Shown here: positions 23,912 through 32,736 of the stretch, one piece after another
Layout of the letters: each line of letters begins with the position of its first letter
Numbering within the stretch: position 1 is the stretch's first letter
Source of the DNA: an uncultured Candidatus Saccharibacteria bacterium
Lineage (GTDB): Bacteria > Patescibacteriota > Minisyncoccia > UBA6257
Length of the DNA stretch: 46,411 nt
NCBI GenBank assembly: GCA_964513365.1
Contig: CAZEMH010000002.1
Coordinates: 1-46,411, forward strand
Reading direction: 5' to 3'
The notes under the pieces: generated by a model
Seen by the model: only the letters and a program-made list of their open reading frames with translations
The model's database searches: none
Told to the model about the DNA's origin: nothing
Translations under genes and position numbers: made by a program

Positions 23912-24190
23912 ATGTATAAAATAAATAAACAAAAGTGTACTGGTTGTCAAATTTGTGTTCGGAGTTGCCCCGGAGCGACCAAGATAGGAACCGATGGCAA
24001 AGCAGAGGTTATTAGTCAAGAAAAGCTTGAGCAATGTGGTGGAGAAAATCTTTGTCCAATGGGGGCAATAGAAAAAGATGGATCATTTTCTTATCAATCC
24101 CCATTATCTAAAGGAAAAGGATTAGGCAAAGGGAGAGGTCCAGGTAGGGCTAAAGGAATGGGAAGAAAAAGACGAGGAGTAAGAGGTTAA
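23912..24190 (+). CDS. Small ferredoxin with a C-terminal Gly/Arg/Lys tail
   Basis: CTGCQICVRSCP full motif plus a distal C-x5-CP (CGGENLCP), which suggests a single cluster. The tail is GKGLGKGRGPGRAKGMGRKRRGVRG. Confidence 0.7.
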   Translation: MYKINKQKCTGCQICVRSCPGATKIGTDGKAEVISQEKLEQCGGENLCPMGAIEKDGSFSYQSPLSKGKGLGKGRGPGRAKGMGRKRRGVRG

Positions 24191-24274
24191 ATTATTGTAA
24201 GGCAGTAAATATTAATAAATAATTCTTGATTTTTTCAGAAAAATATGATAAAAGGAAATAGAAGTTTTTAAATT

Positions 24275-25273
24275 ATGTTTTTTTCAGAATCTAATCAAAC
24301 TATTAAAGCAGTAAGAGCAGCTACACCTTCGGTGGTAGCTGTTTTAATGTCTAAAGAGTTGTCAAAAATTAAAAAAGAAATTGGAGCAGATGTAGCAAGG
24401 TATTTAGTTGATGAAAAAGGCATGGTTAAAATAGGTGGATGCTCGGGTTTTTTTGTTTCATCTGATGGTTATATTCTAACAAATCGCCACATTGTTGAAG
24501 ATGAAGAAGCCTCTTACACTGTGGTTTGGCAGAATAAAACTTATTCATGCAAGATTTTAGTCAGGGATAAAATAACTGATATTGCCATTTTAAAGATTGA
24601 TGGTGATAATTTTCCATATTTAAAATTCACTGATTCTTCTCAATTAAAATTAGGCCAGACTGTTATTGCTATTGGTAATGCATTAGGTGAATTTCAAAAT
24701 ACTGTTTCACGAGGGATTATTTCAGGACTCTCACGAGATATAAAAACAGAAATTGGAGAAAATATTCAAGAATTTTTTGGTTTAATTCAAACAGATGCCG
24801 CTATTAATCCTGGAAATTCTGGTGGACCTTTAATTAATCTCTCAGGAAAGGTTATAGGAATTTGTACGGCAGTAGTTTTAGGTGTAGAAAATATTGGTTT
24901 TGCTATTCCTATTAATCAGGCTGAAAGTATTTTGGAAGATATAAGAAAATATGGAAAGATATGTCGTCCAAGTTTGGGAGTAAGATATTTTTTAATTAAT
25001 GAAGAAATGCAAAAACTTCATCATTTTCCTTTTGATTATGGTGCTTTTATTATTTATGAGACAATTCCTGGGCGCGGAGGAATTATTCCTAAAGGACCAG
25101 CAGAAAAGGCTGGCTTAAAAGAAGGAGATATTATATTAGAAATCAACAAAAAGAAAGTAACTAAACAATCTAATTTGTCTCAAGTTTTGGCTTGTTATAA
25201 AATCGGTGATGTAATTAATATCACTTATTGGAGCAAAGGAGAGAAAAAACACATAGATGTTAAGCTTGAATAA
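24275..25273 (+). CDS. htrA: HtrA/DegP-family serine protease with one PDZ domain
   Basis: Catalytic triad contexts ILTNRHIV, DIAILKI and GNSGGPLINLSGKVIGI. A C-terminal PDZ (GLKEGDIILEINKK). Confidence 0.85.
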   Translation: MFFSESNQTIKAVRAATPSVVAVLMSKELSKIKKEIGADVARYLVDEKGMVKIGGCSGFFVSSDGYILTNRHIVEDEEASYTVVWQNKTYSCKILVRDKITDIAILKIDGDNFPYLKFTDSSQLKLGQTVIAIGNALGEFQNTVSRGIISGLSRDIKTEIGENIQEFFGLIQTDAAINPGNSGGPLINLSGKVIGICTAVVLGVENIGFAIPINQAESILEDIRKYGKICRPSLGVRYFLINEEMQKLHHFPFDYGAFIIYETIPGRGGIIPKGPAEKAGLKEGDIILEINKKKVTKQSNLSQVLACYKIGDVINITYWSKGEKKHIDVKLE

Positions 25274-25279
25274 TCTGGT

Positions 25280-27430
25280 TTATTCTTTGTGAATTTTTTG
25301 AGAAAATTCTTGAAAGTTGGCCAACAACAAAGGCCATTTTTTTAATGTTGAATCTTTTTTAAGAAGCTCTTTTGCCTGTTCGTGAACTTTTTCTATGAAT
25401 TCTTTGTTTAAAAGAGAACTCATTACTAAATCAGGAATTCCTGATTGTTTGGTTCCTAAAAACTGTCCAGGGCCTCTTAAAGAAAGATCCATTTCTGCGA
25501 GATGAAATCCGTCATTACATTTAACCAATGTTTTTAAACGATTTGTAATAGCGCTATGTGATGACTCAGAAAACAAGAAACAATAAGATTGATAGTGGGC
25601 TCTCCCTATTCTTCCTCTAAATTGATGTAATTGCGCTAGGCCAAAATGTTCTGATCCTTCAATTATCATTAAAGAGGCATTTGGAATATCAACACCTACT
25701 TCAATTACAGAAGTAGAAACTAAAAGGTTAATTCTATTTTCCTGAAAATTCTTCATTGCTATTTCTTTTTCTTTTGGTTTCATTTTCCCATGTAACATAG
25801 CAATCTTTAAGTCGGGAAAAATCTCTTTGGTTAATTTTTCATATTCTTTTTTAACTGCTTTAACCTCATGATTTAAACGTTCTGATAAAGTAAGAAGATT
25901 ATCACTTTTAATATCAGAGGTTTCTGTTTCTTCAATCCTTGGACAAATCACAAATGCTTGCCTTCCTTTTTTTATTTCTTTTCGGATAAAATTATAAACT
26001 TTTTTCCTGTCTTTTGGGAGGACAACCTTGGTAATTATTTTTTTTCTTCCTTTTGGCAGTTCATCTAATATGGAAAGATCTAAGTCTCCGTAAAAAGCTA
26101 GAGCTAGAGTACGGGGAATAGGCGTGGCAGTCATTGATAAAAGATGAGGAATTTCTTTTTTATTTGCGTTTTTGGCAATAAGTTTTTTTCTTTGTTCTAC
26201 GCCAAAACGATGTTGTTCATCAACAATAATTAATCCCAGGGAATTAAAGCGAATATTTTTTTGAATAAGAGCATGAGTACCAATTACGAGAATGGGATCT
26301 GAAGAAGTAATAATTTTGTTTAATGCTTGCTTGGAAATTTTACCTTCTAATCCATTGTCGTAAATTTTTGTTGTTGAAGATGTTAAAAGAGCAATTTTTA
26401 CTTGAAATGGTTTGAGGGCATCTTTGAATTTATCAAAATGTTGTTTTGCTAATATTTCTGTTGGGGCCATTACTGCTACTTGGTAGTTTGATTTGACGGT
26501 TAATAAGCTTGCGGCAATGGCTACAATAGTTTTTCCAGATCCTACTTCTCCTTCTAAAAGACGATTCATTGGCCTTTGATGAAGATTATTAGCAATATCC
26601 CATATTGTTTTTCTTTGGCATTCAGTAAAAGGGAATGATAATGACTGTGTAAATGATTGAAGTAAAGGAATATCCAAATTGATTTTTGGGGCATTTAAAA
26701 GAGTATTTTTCCTTTTTCTTTTCAGAAGATAAATTTGAGAAAGCAACAAAGATTCAAAAACAAATCTTTGTTTTGCTTTTTTTGCTAATAGCAAAGATGA
26801 CGGAAAATGAATTTGGTTGAGTGATTGTTGAAGGCTTATTAATTTATGTTTTTTTAGTATGAAATCGGGAAGTGTATCTTTTATACCATAAGTTAATTTT
26901 AAAAGTGGTTTAATAAAATAACGCAACGCTCTGGAACTTAATCCTTTTGTTTCTGAATACACAGGAATTAAACGGCCAGTATGCTTAAGCTCTTCATAAA
27001 ATTCTTCTTCTGCTTTTTGCCTGGAGATAATTTCATATGATGGGCTAGAAAGGATTAATTTTTTTCCTCTTTTTTTTACTTTTCCCGATAAAGAAAGAAC
27101 TGCTCCTAATGGTATGTTTTTTAATAAGTAAATTTGATTAAACCAAATTGCAATTATCTGGCCTGTATTATCTTCAATTATAGCTTCAATAATAAATATT
27201 TTCTTTTTGTATGTTCTTCTGACATTAATTTTTTTTACGCTTCCCATTATTGAGCATTTTTCTTCTGGCTGCAGTTCATTTATTTTTTTAATTTTGGAAA
27301 AATCTTCATAACGAAAAGGAAAATACCAAAGTAAATCTTTTATTGTTTTAATTCCTAATTTTTCCAAGTATTTTAAATAACGCGGACCAATACCACGTAT
27401 TTCTGAAACAGGGTTGGAGAGTTTAATCAT
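25280..27430 (-). CDS. recG: ATP-dependent DNA helicase RecG
   Basis: Wedge/OB N-terminal domain, helicase motifs GEVGSGKT, DEQHRFGV and MTATPIPRT, and a C-terminal TRG-like region. The ORF-track N-terminus (to 27583) reads through a tRNA, so I start at MIKLSNPVSEIRG (ATG 27430-27428). Confidence 0.9.
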   Translation of the reverse strand: MIKLSNPVSEIRGIGPRYLKYLEKLGIKTIKDLLWYFPFRYEDFSKIKKINELQPEEKCSIMGSVKKINVRRTYKKKIFIIEAIIEDNTGQIIAIWFNQIYLLKNIPLGAVLSLSGKVKKRGKKLILSSPSYEIISRQKAEEEFYEELKHTGRLIPVYSETKGLSSRALRYFIKPLLKLTYGIKDTLPDFILKKHKLISLQQSLNQIHFPSSLLLAKKAKQRFVFESLLLSQIYLLKRKRKNTLLNAPKINLDIPLLQSFTQSLSFPFTECQRKTIWDIANNLHQRPMNRLLEGEVGSGKTIVAIAASLLTVKSNYQVAVMAPTEILAKQHFDKFKDALKPFQVKIALLTSSTTKIYDNGLEGKISKQALNKIITSSDPILVIGTHALIQKNIRFNSLGLIIVDEQHRFGVEQRKKLIAKNANKKEIPHLLSMTATPIPRTLALAFYGDLDLSILDELPKGRKKIITKVVLPKDRKKVYNFIRKEIKKGRQAFVICPRIEETETSDIKSDNLLTLSERLNHEVKAVKKEYEKLTKEIFPDLKIAMLHGKMKPKEKEIAMKNFQENRINLLVSTSVIEVGVDIPNASLMIIEGSEHFGLAQLHQFRGRIGRAHYQSYCFLFSESSHSAITNRLKTLVKCNDGFHLAEMDLSLRGPGQFLGTKQSGIPDLVMSSLLNKEFIEKVHEQAKELLKKDSTLKKWPLLLANFQEFSQKIHKE

Positions 27431-27432
27431 AG

Positions 27433-27504
27433 TGCCCCTGGGAAGAATCGAACTTCCATCACAGACTCCGCAAGTCTGTATTTTATCCGTTAAACTACGG
27501 GGGC
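27433..27504 (-). tRNA. tRNA-Arg(GCG)
   Basis: Acceptor GCCCCCG/CAGGGGC (C6-A67 mismatch), D arm GTTT-AACGGATA-AAAT, anticodon stem CAGAC/GTCTG, loop TTGCGGA, T arm GGAAG-TTCGATT-CTTCC, A73. No CCA. Confidence 0.75.
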
Positions 27505-27583
27505 TTGCTTTAAAATTATCATGAAATATGTATTTTTTCAAGGTGTTTTTTAATATTTTTCTTTTGTGATATGATAAAATCAA

Positions 27584-28306
27584 ATGGAATATTATTCTAC
27601 TCTAGCTTTTGTTTTAAGGCAAGAACCAATTAAAGAGCATGACCGCCGATATACTTTTTTTACTCAGGAGTTTGGAAAATTAAGTTTATTAGCTCCAGGA
27701 GTAAGAAAAATTAATGCTAAATTAGCTGGGCACTTGGAAGTGCCGGTTTTGGTGCAAATTCAATTTGCTATGTCTCGAAATCCACGACTAATTACTGCCT
27801 TAGAAGAAATTCCTTATACAGAGATAAAGAAGAGAAAAAAAGCCCTTACTATTGCTTTTTGGATCACAGATTTAGTTAATGAATTAATTCTAGACCAACA
27901 GTCTGATTCTGAAATCTGGAAATTACTTTTTGATACATTATATTTTTTAGAAAAAAATATTAATAAATTTCCTGAGATAGCTGATTTTATATGGATATAT
28001 TTTAATATTCAGTTTTTAAAAATCCTTGGTTTTTCACCATTTTTAGATGGATGTATTGAATGTGGCAGTACAATTAAGAATAAATTTTTCAATTTTGAAA
28101 GAAAAGGAATTGTTTGCCAATTACATCACCAAAAAAATGATTGGCCTATTACTAATCAACAAAGAAGATTTTTAGATTTTTTGTTAGATTCTACTTTCCA
28201 AGATTTCTCACAAGTTTCTCGTGTTAGGGAGATATTGAAAGAAAAAAAATATTTTCAAGAGTTTCTTAGAAAATTTACTTTAGCAATAAAATCAGATATA
28301 ATATAG
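27584..28306 (+). CDS. recO: DNA repair protein RecO
   Basis: 240 aa; N-terminal OB-fold pattern (AFVLRQEPIKEHDRRYTFFTQEFGKLSLLA.G) and a Cys-containing zinc region (CIECGS...C). Confidence 0.8.
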   Translation: MEYYSTLAFVLRQEPIKEHDRRYTFFTQEFGKLSLLAPGVRKINAKLAGHLEVPVLVQIQFAMSRNPRLITALEEIPYTEIKKRKKALTIAFWITDLVNELILDQQSDSEIWKLLFDTLYFLEKNINKFPEIADFIWIYFNIQFLKILGFSPFLDGCIECGSTIKNKFFNFERKGIVCQLHHQKNDWPITNQQRRFLDFLLDSTFQDFSQVSRVREILKEKKYFQEFLRKFTLAIKSDII

Positions 28307-28338
28307 TAATATTGTTAACATAAATTACAATAAATAAT

Positions 28339-30078
28339 ATGAAAATAAAAGATTTTTTAAAAACTTTTTGGGGTGGAGCATTAGTTACAATTCTTATCTT
28401 AGCTACTGCCTATTTTGTTTGGAGTTTTGTAAAGAGTGGAGGAATAACTTTTTCTTTTTTAGGGCCAGATGAAGCTAAATCTGGAGAAATAAAAGAATTT
28501 CATTTTGTTTTAAATAATAATTCTAGAATAAGCCTTCAGGAAGTAGAGGCAGAAATTAAGCTTCCAGAAGGAGTAATTGCTATTGATAATCCAGGTCTAA
28601 AAACTATTTTTTATGATTTAGGTGAGATGGCTTCTCGTGATTCAGAGGACAAAGTAATCAAGTTGTTAATTACTGGAGAGCCTAAAACTGTTAAAAATAT
28701 TGAAGCTATTCTACGATATCGTCCCAAAACACTCAGTTCTGTTTTTGAGAAAAAAGAGATAAAAACTGTTTTAATTTCTGGATCTTCTTTTGGACTGGAA
28801 TTAGTGACACTTAATCAAGTTTTTTCTGAACAGATTTTTCCTTTAGAAATAAATTGGGAGAATCTTTCTAGCTATGCATTTGATAATGTTGAAATTAGGG
28901 CAGAGTGGCCATCTGGATTTGTTTTTCAAGAATCTAATCCCGAAGTTTTTTCTGAGAGTTCGGAGTATAATAGATGGGTTTTAGGCGAATTAAATCCAGC
29001 TAGCCATGGAAAGATATTAGTAAAAGGATTTACTACTGGTCATCCAGGCGAAACAAAAAGAATAACTTTGTATTTAGGAATGGTTAAAGATAATGTTTTT
29101 CTTCCTTTGGCTAAAACTGAAGGCTATACGACTTTAATAAAAAATCCTTTATTAATATCATCTTTAGTTAATGATGAAATAACTCATAATGCTGATTTAG
29201 GGGAAACATTAAATTTTGTTATTAACTATCAGAATAATTACTCTACTACTTTAAGAAATTTGACAGTAGAGGTTGTTTTTAATGGTGATGTCTTTGATTT
29301 TTCTTCTCTCAAGGCGCCTAATGGAGTATTTTCTTCGCGTTTGAAAACTTTAACTTGGTCAGGGACAAAAGTACCCCAACTTTATGCGCTTAATCCTGGA
29401 GAGCAGGGAAAGCTTCAGTTTTCTGTGAAATTATTAAAAGATTGGCCAATGAAAAGTTTAGCTCAGAAAAATATAGTTTTGGAAGCACATACTAGTATTG
29501 AAAGTTCTAATATTCCAGAACAGTTGGAAGTTTCTGAATTACCGCGTGCAGCTGCCTTGAATACAATCAAGCTTAATTCAGATTGCAATGTAGCGATTGG
29601 TAGTTATTTTCGTGATGCTTCTTCAAGGATCGCTAATACAGGAACACTTCCTTTAAAAGCTAATGAGTCAACTGATTTTACTATCCATTGGAGAGTTGTT
29701 AATAGTTTTAATGCGCTAAGGGATATAACAGTAAAGACTACATTACCTCTTTGGGCGGAATTTACTGGTCAGATTGCAGGAGATTATGGGCAGAATCCTC
29801 CTCATTATGATTCTGCAACAAGAGAGCTTTCATGGACTATTCCTTCAGTTTCTGCTGGTTCAGGGGTTTTAACTAAAGCATCAGAACTTGTTTTTCAAAT
29901 TAAAGTTACTCCTTCATCATCTCATGCAAATCAGGAAATTGATTTGATTGATAAAACAACCTTTACAGCTATTGATGCATTTACAGGGGAAAATATTTCC
30001 TTTACATACCCTGCTGTTACGTCTACTAAATTAACAGATAAAACTGTTTTTCCTGGTGATGGAGTAGTGAGGCCGTAA
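28339..30078 (+). CDS. Membrane-anchored extracellular protein with about 4 CARDB/DUF11-like beta-sandwich repeats (hypothetical)
   Basis: N-terminal TM (ALVTILILATAYFVWSF). A recurring module 'GE.x.F.x.x.N.S...L..V.x.x.LP.G/W' occurs at roughly 140-aa intervals. Confidence 0.5.
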   Translation: MKIKDFLKTFWGGALVTILILATAYFVWSFVKSGGITFSFLGPDEAKSGEIKEFHFVLNNNSRISLQEVEAEIKLPEGVIAIDNPGLKTIFYDLGEMASRDSEDKVIKLLITGEPKTVKNIEAILRYRPKTLSSVFEKKEIKTVLISGSSFGLELVTLNQVFSEQIFPLEINWENLSSYAFDNVEIRAEWPSGFVFQESNPEVFSESSEYNRWVLGELNPASHGKILVKGFTTGHPGETKRITLYLGMVKDNVFLPLAKTEGYTTLIKNPLLISSLVNDEITHNADLGETLNFVINYQNNYSTTLRNLTVEVVFNGDVFDFSSLKAPNGVFSSRLKTLTWSGTKVPQLYALNPGEQGKLQFSVKLLKDWPMKSLAQKNIVLEAHTSIESSNIPEQLEVSELPRAAALNTIKLNSDCNVAIGSYFRDASSRIANTGTLPLKANESTDFTIHWRVVNSFNALRDITVKTTLPLWAEFTGQIAGDYGQNPPHYDSATRELSWTIPSVSAGSGVLTKASELVFQIKVTPSSSHANQEIDLIDKTTFTAIDAFTGENISFTYPAVTSTKLTDKTVFPGDGVVRP

Positions 30079-30098
30079 AAAATAATAATTAATAATCA

Positions 30099-31472
30099 AT
30101 GACAAAAAGTAATGATTTAATGGAAAAAATTATATCTTTATGTAAAAGGCGTGGTTTTGTCTACCCTTCTTCTGAAATTTATGGTGGATTTGCCAATATT
30201 TATGATTTTGGGCCGACAGGTTCGCTTTTAGCTAAAAATATTCGGGATGTCTGGATTAAAAAAATGGTTCAAGAACGAAATGATATGTATTTAATTGATG
30301 GTTCCATTTTAATGCATCCAAAGGCATGGGAAGCAAGTGGACATACTACCGCTTTTACTGATCCTTTAATACAATGTCCGTCATGTAAAAAAAGATTTAG
30401 GGCAGATAAATTAGAAGGGTGGAAATTAGAAAAAGATAATAAGACGGGAAAATGGAATGTTTTAGAACAAGGAAGTTTAACTTGCCCGGATTGTAATGAA
30501 AATTTAATTCCAGATGTTAAAGAATTTAATCTTTTAATGACAACAGAGGTAGGCTCAATTGAAGGAAAAAAAACGAAGGCATATCTTAAGGGTGAATCGT
30601 GTCAGAATATCTATCTTGATTTTTTGCCAATAAGAGATACTATGGGAGCAAAAATTCCATTTGGTGTTGCGCAAATTGGCAAGGCTTTTCGCAATGAAAT
30701 TACATTAGGTAAGTTTTTATTTAAGGTGAGAGAATTTGAACAAATGGATATTGAATATTTTTGTTCACCAGAAGAAGCTAAAAAAAAATATGAGGAATGG
30801 AAAAATATTAGATTTAATTGGTATGTCGATACAATTGGTTTAAGTAATGATAGGCTTCGTTGGAGGCAGCATTCTTCTGAAGAAAGAATTTTTTATGCTA
30901 GAGATGCGTGGGATATTGAGTACAAATTTTTCAATGAGTTTGAAGAATTAGAAGGAATTCATGATCGTTCTGATTATGATTTAAAGCAACAAGGAAAATT
31001 TTCTGGAAAAGAGCTTGATTATTTTGATCCAGCAAGCAAAACAAGGTTTATTCCAAATATTATTGAATGTTCAGGCGGTCTTCAAAGGACATTTTTAGCT
31101 ATTTTAGCGGAAAGTTATCAAGAGGAAAAAGTAAAAGATGAAACAAGAGTATTTTTGAAAATTAAACCAAGTCTTTCTCCATATAAAGTGGCGGTCTTTC
31201 CTTTAGTCGCAAATAAAGATAATTTAACTGAAAAGGCTAAATACGTCTTTAATCTTTTAAAGCCCGAATTTATGACAATGTGGGATAGCATTGGCAATAT
31301 CGGAAAAAGATATCGTCGTCAGGATGAAATCGGAACTCCTTGGTGTATTACGATTGATTATCAGACATTGGAGGATAATACCGTGACAATTCGTGATAGG
31401 GATACCATGGAGCAGCAAAGAATTAAAATAGAAGAAATTATTGGATGGATAAAAGACCAACTAAATGTATAA
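30099..31472 (+). CDS. glyQS: Glycyl-tRNA synthetase (single-chain class II, GlyQS type)
   Basis: RRGFVYPSSEIYGG.AN.YDFGP.G, FRNEI and GG.QR motifs of alpha2-type GlyRS. Confidence 0.9.
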   Translation: MTKSNDLMEKIISLCKRRGFVYPSSEIYGGFANIYDFGPTGSLLAKNIRDVWIKKMVQERNDMYLIDGSILMHPKAWEASGHTTAFTDPLIQCPSCKKRFRADKLEGWKLEKDNKTGKWNVLEQGSLTCPDCNENLIPDVKEFNLLMTTEVGSIEGKKTKAYLKGESCQNIYLDFLPIRDTMGAKIPFGVAQIGKAFRNEITLGKFLFKVREFEQMDIEYFCSPEEAKKKYEEWKNIRFNWYVDTIGLSNDRLRWRQHSSEERIFYARDAWDIEYKFFNEFEELEGIHDRSDYDLKQQGKFSGKELDYFDPASKTRFIPNIIECSGGLQRTFLAILAESYQEEKVKDETRVFLKIKPSLSPYKVAVFPLVANKDNLTEKAKYVFNLLKPEFMTMWDSIGNIGKRYRRQDEIGTPWCITIDYQTLEDNTVTIRDRDTMEQQRIKIEEIIGWIKDQLNV

Positions 31473-32736
31473 ATTTAAACTTACAAAATTAAATAATGGA
31501 TTAAGGATTCTTACTGTTCCTTCAAAAGAATCACTTTCTTTTCAAATAACAGTTCTCGTTAATACAGGAGCTGATTTTGAAGATAAAGAAAACAATGGAA
31601 TTTCCCATTTTTTGGAGCATATGTCTTTCAAAGGAACCAAGAAGCGTCCTTCAAATTTAAGCATAGTCAAAGAATTAGATGCTGTTGGTGGATATTATAA
31701 TGCTTTTACAAGTGCAGAATATACAGGTTATTATACTTTTGTAGCGCAGCAAAAAAAGGATTTAGCTTTAGATATTATTTCTGATATTTATTTAAATTCT
31801 CAGTTTCCTAAAAAAGAAATAAAGAAAGAAAAAGGAGTAATAATTGAAGAAATTAACATGTACAGAGATGAACCTTCAAGATATGTGTGGGAGATTTGGA
31901 GAAAATTATTATACGGAGATCAAGCAGTCGGGCGTTCTATTTTAGGAACAAAAACAAATATTAAAAATTTTAAAAGAGAGGATTTTCTTAAATATTATGA
32001 ATCTCAATATAGAGCCAAATCTACTCTAGTTGTGGTCAGTGGAAATTTTAATGAAAAACAAATTATTAAGAAGGTAAAAGATTATTTTTATGGTATTAAG
32101 TTAGGAAGGGGCAAGACTAAAGAATTAGTAAAAGAAAAACAAAATAAGCCGCAAGTGTTTATAAAAAATAAAGAAACAGATCAAACTCATTTAATTTTAG
32201 GATTTAGGGGCATAAATTTATTTGATAAAAGAATTTATGCTTTAAAAGTCTTAAACTCTATTTTTGATGGAGGTATGTCCGGTATTCTGTTTCAGACTAT
32301 TAGGGAAAAATTAGGTGTGGCTTATTATATACACAGTAATCTTTCTTGTTTTACTGACCATGGTTTTTGGACAGTGGCGGCAGGAATAGATAATAATCGC
32401 GTAGAAGAGGTAATTAAGTCTGTTCTAGAAGAATGGAAAAAATTTAAAACTAAACCAGTTGATATTAAAGACATGAAAAAAGCTAAAAGCTATATTACTG
32501 GAAAGCTTGCTTTAAGATTAGAAAATGTTCATAATGTAGCTGACTATTTTGCTTTTCAGGAATTATTAAAGAAAAAGATAGAAACGCCAAAAGAATATTT
32601 AAAAAAGATTAAACAAGTTACTGCGCGAGACATTCAAAAAGTGGCAAAAGATTTATTAAAAACTCAATCTCTCAATTTGGCTTTAATAGGTCCTTATAAA
32701 AATAAACAAAAATTATTAAAATTACTCCATGTTTAA
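31465..32736 (+). CDS. M16-family (pitrilysin/insulinase-like) zinc peptidase
   Basis: Inverted zinc motif HFLEHMSFKGT, plus a downstream E (EEINMY). Confidence 0.85.
   Translation: MYKFKLTKLNNGLRILTVPSKESLSFQITVLVNTGADFEDKENNGISHFLEHMSFKGTKKRPSNLSIVKELDAVGGYYNAFTSAEYTGYYTFVAQQKKDLALDIISDIYLNSQFPKKEIKKEKGVIIEEINMYRDEPSRYVWEIWRKLLYGDQAVGRSILGTKTNIKNFKREDFLKYYESQYRAKSTLVVVSGNFNEKQIIKKVKDYFYGIKLGRGKTKELVKEKQNKPQVFIKNKETDQTHLILGFRGINLFDKRIYALKVLNSIFDGGMSGILFQTIREKLGVAYYIHSNLSCFTDHGFWTVAAGIDNNRVEEVIKSVLEEWKKFKTKPVDIKDMKKAKSYITGKLALRLENVHNVADYFAFQELLKKKIETPKEYLKKIKQVTARDIQKVAKDLLKTQSLNLALIGPYKNKQKLLKLLHV

Noticed and set aside
27431-27583. N-terminal 51-codon extension of the recG ORF.
   Set aside because: The extension is the reverse-strand reading of tRNA-Arg(GCG) plus promoter DNA. 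The RecG-like sequence begins at MIKLSNPVSEIRG.
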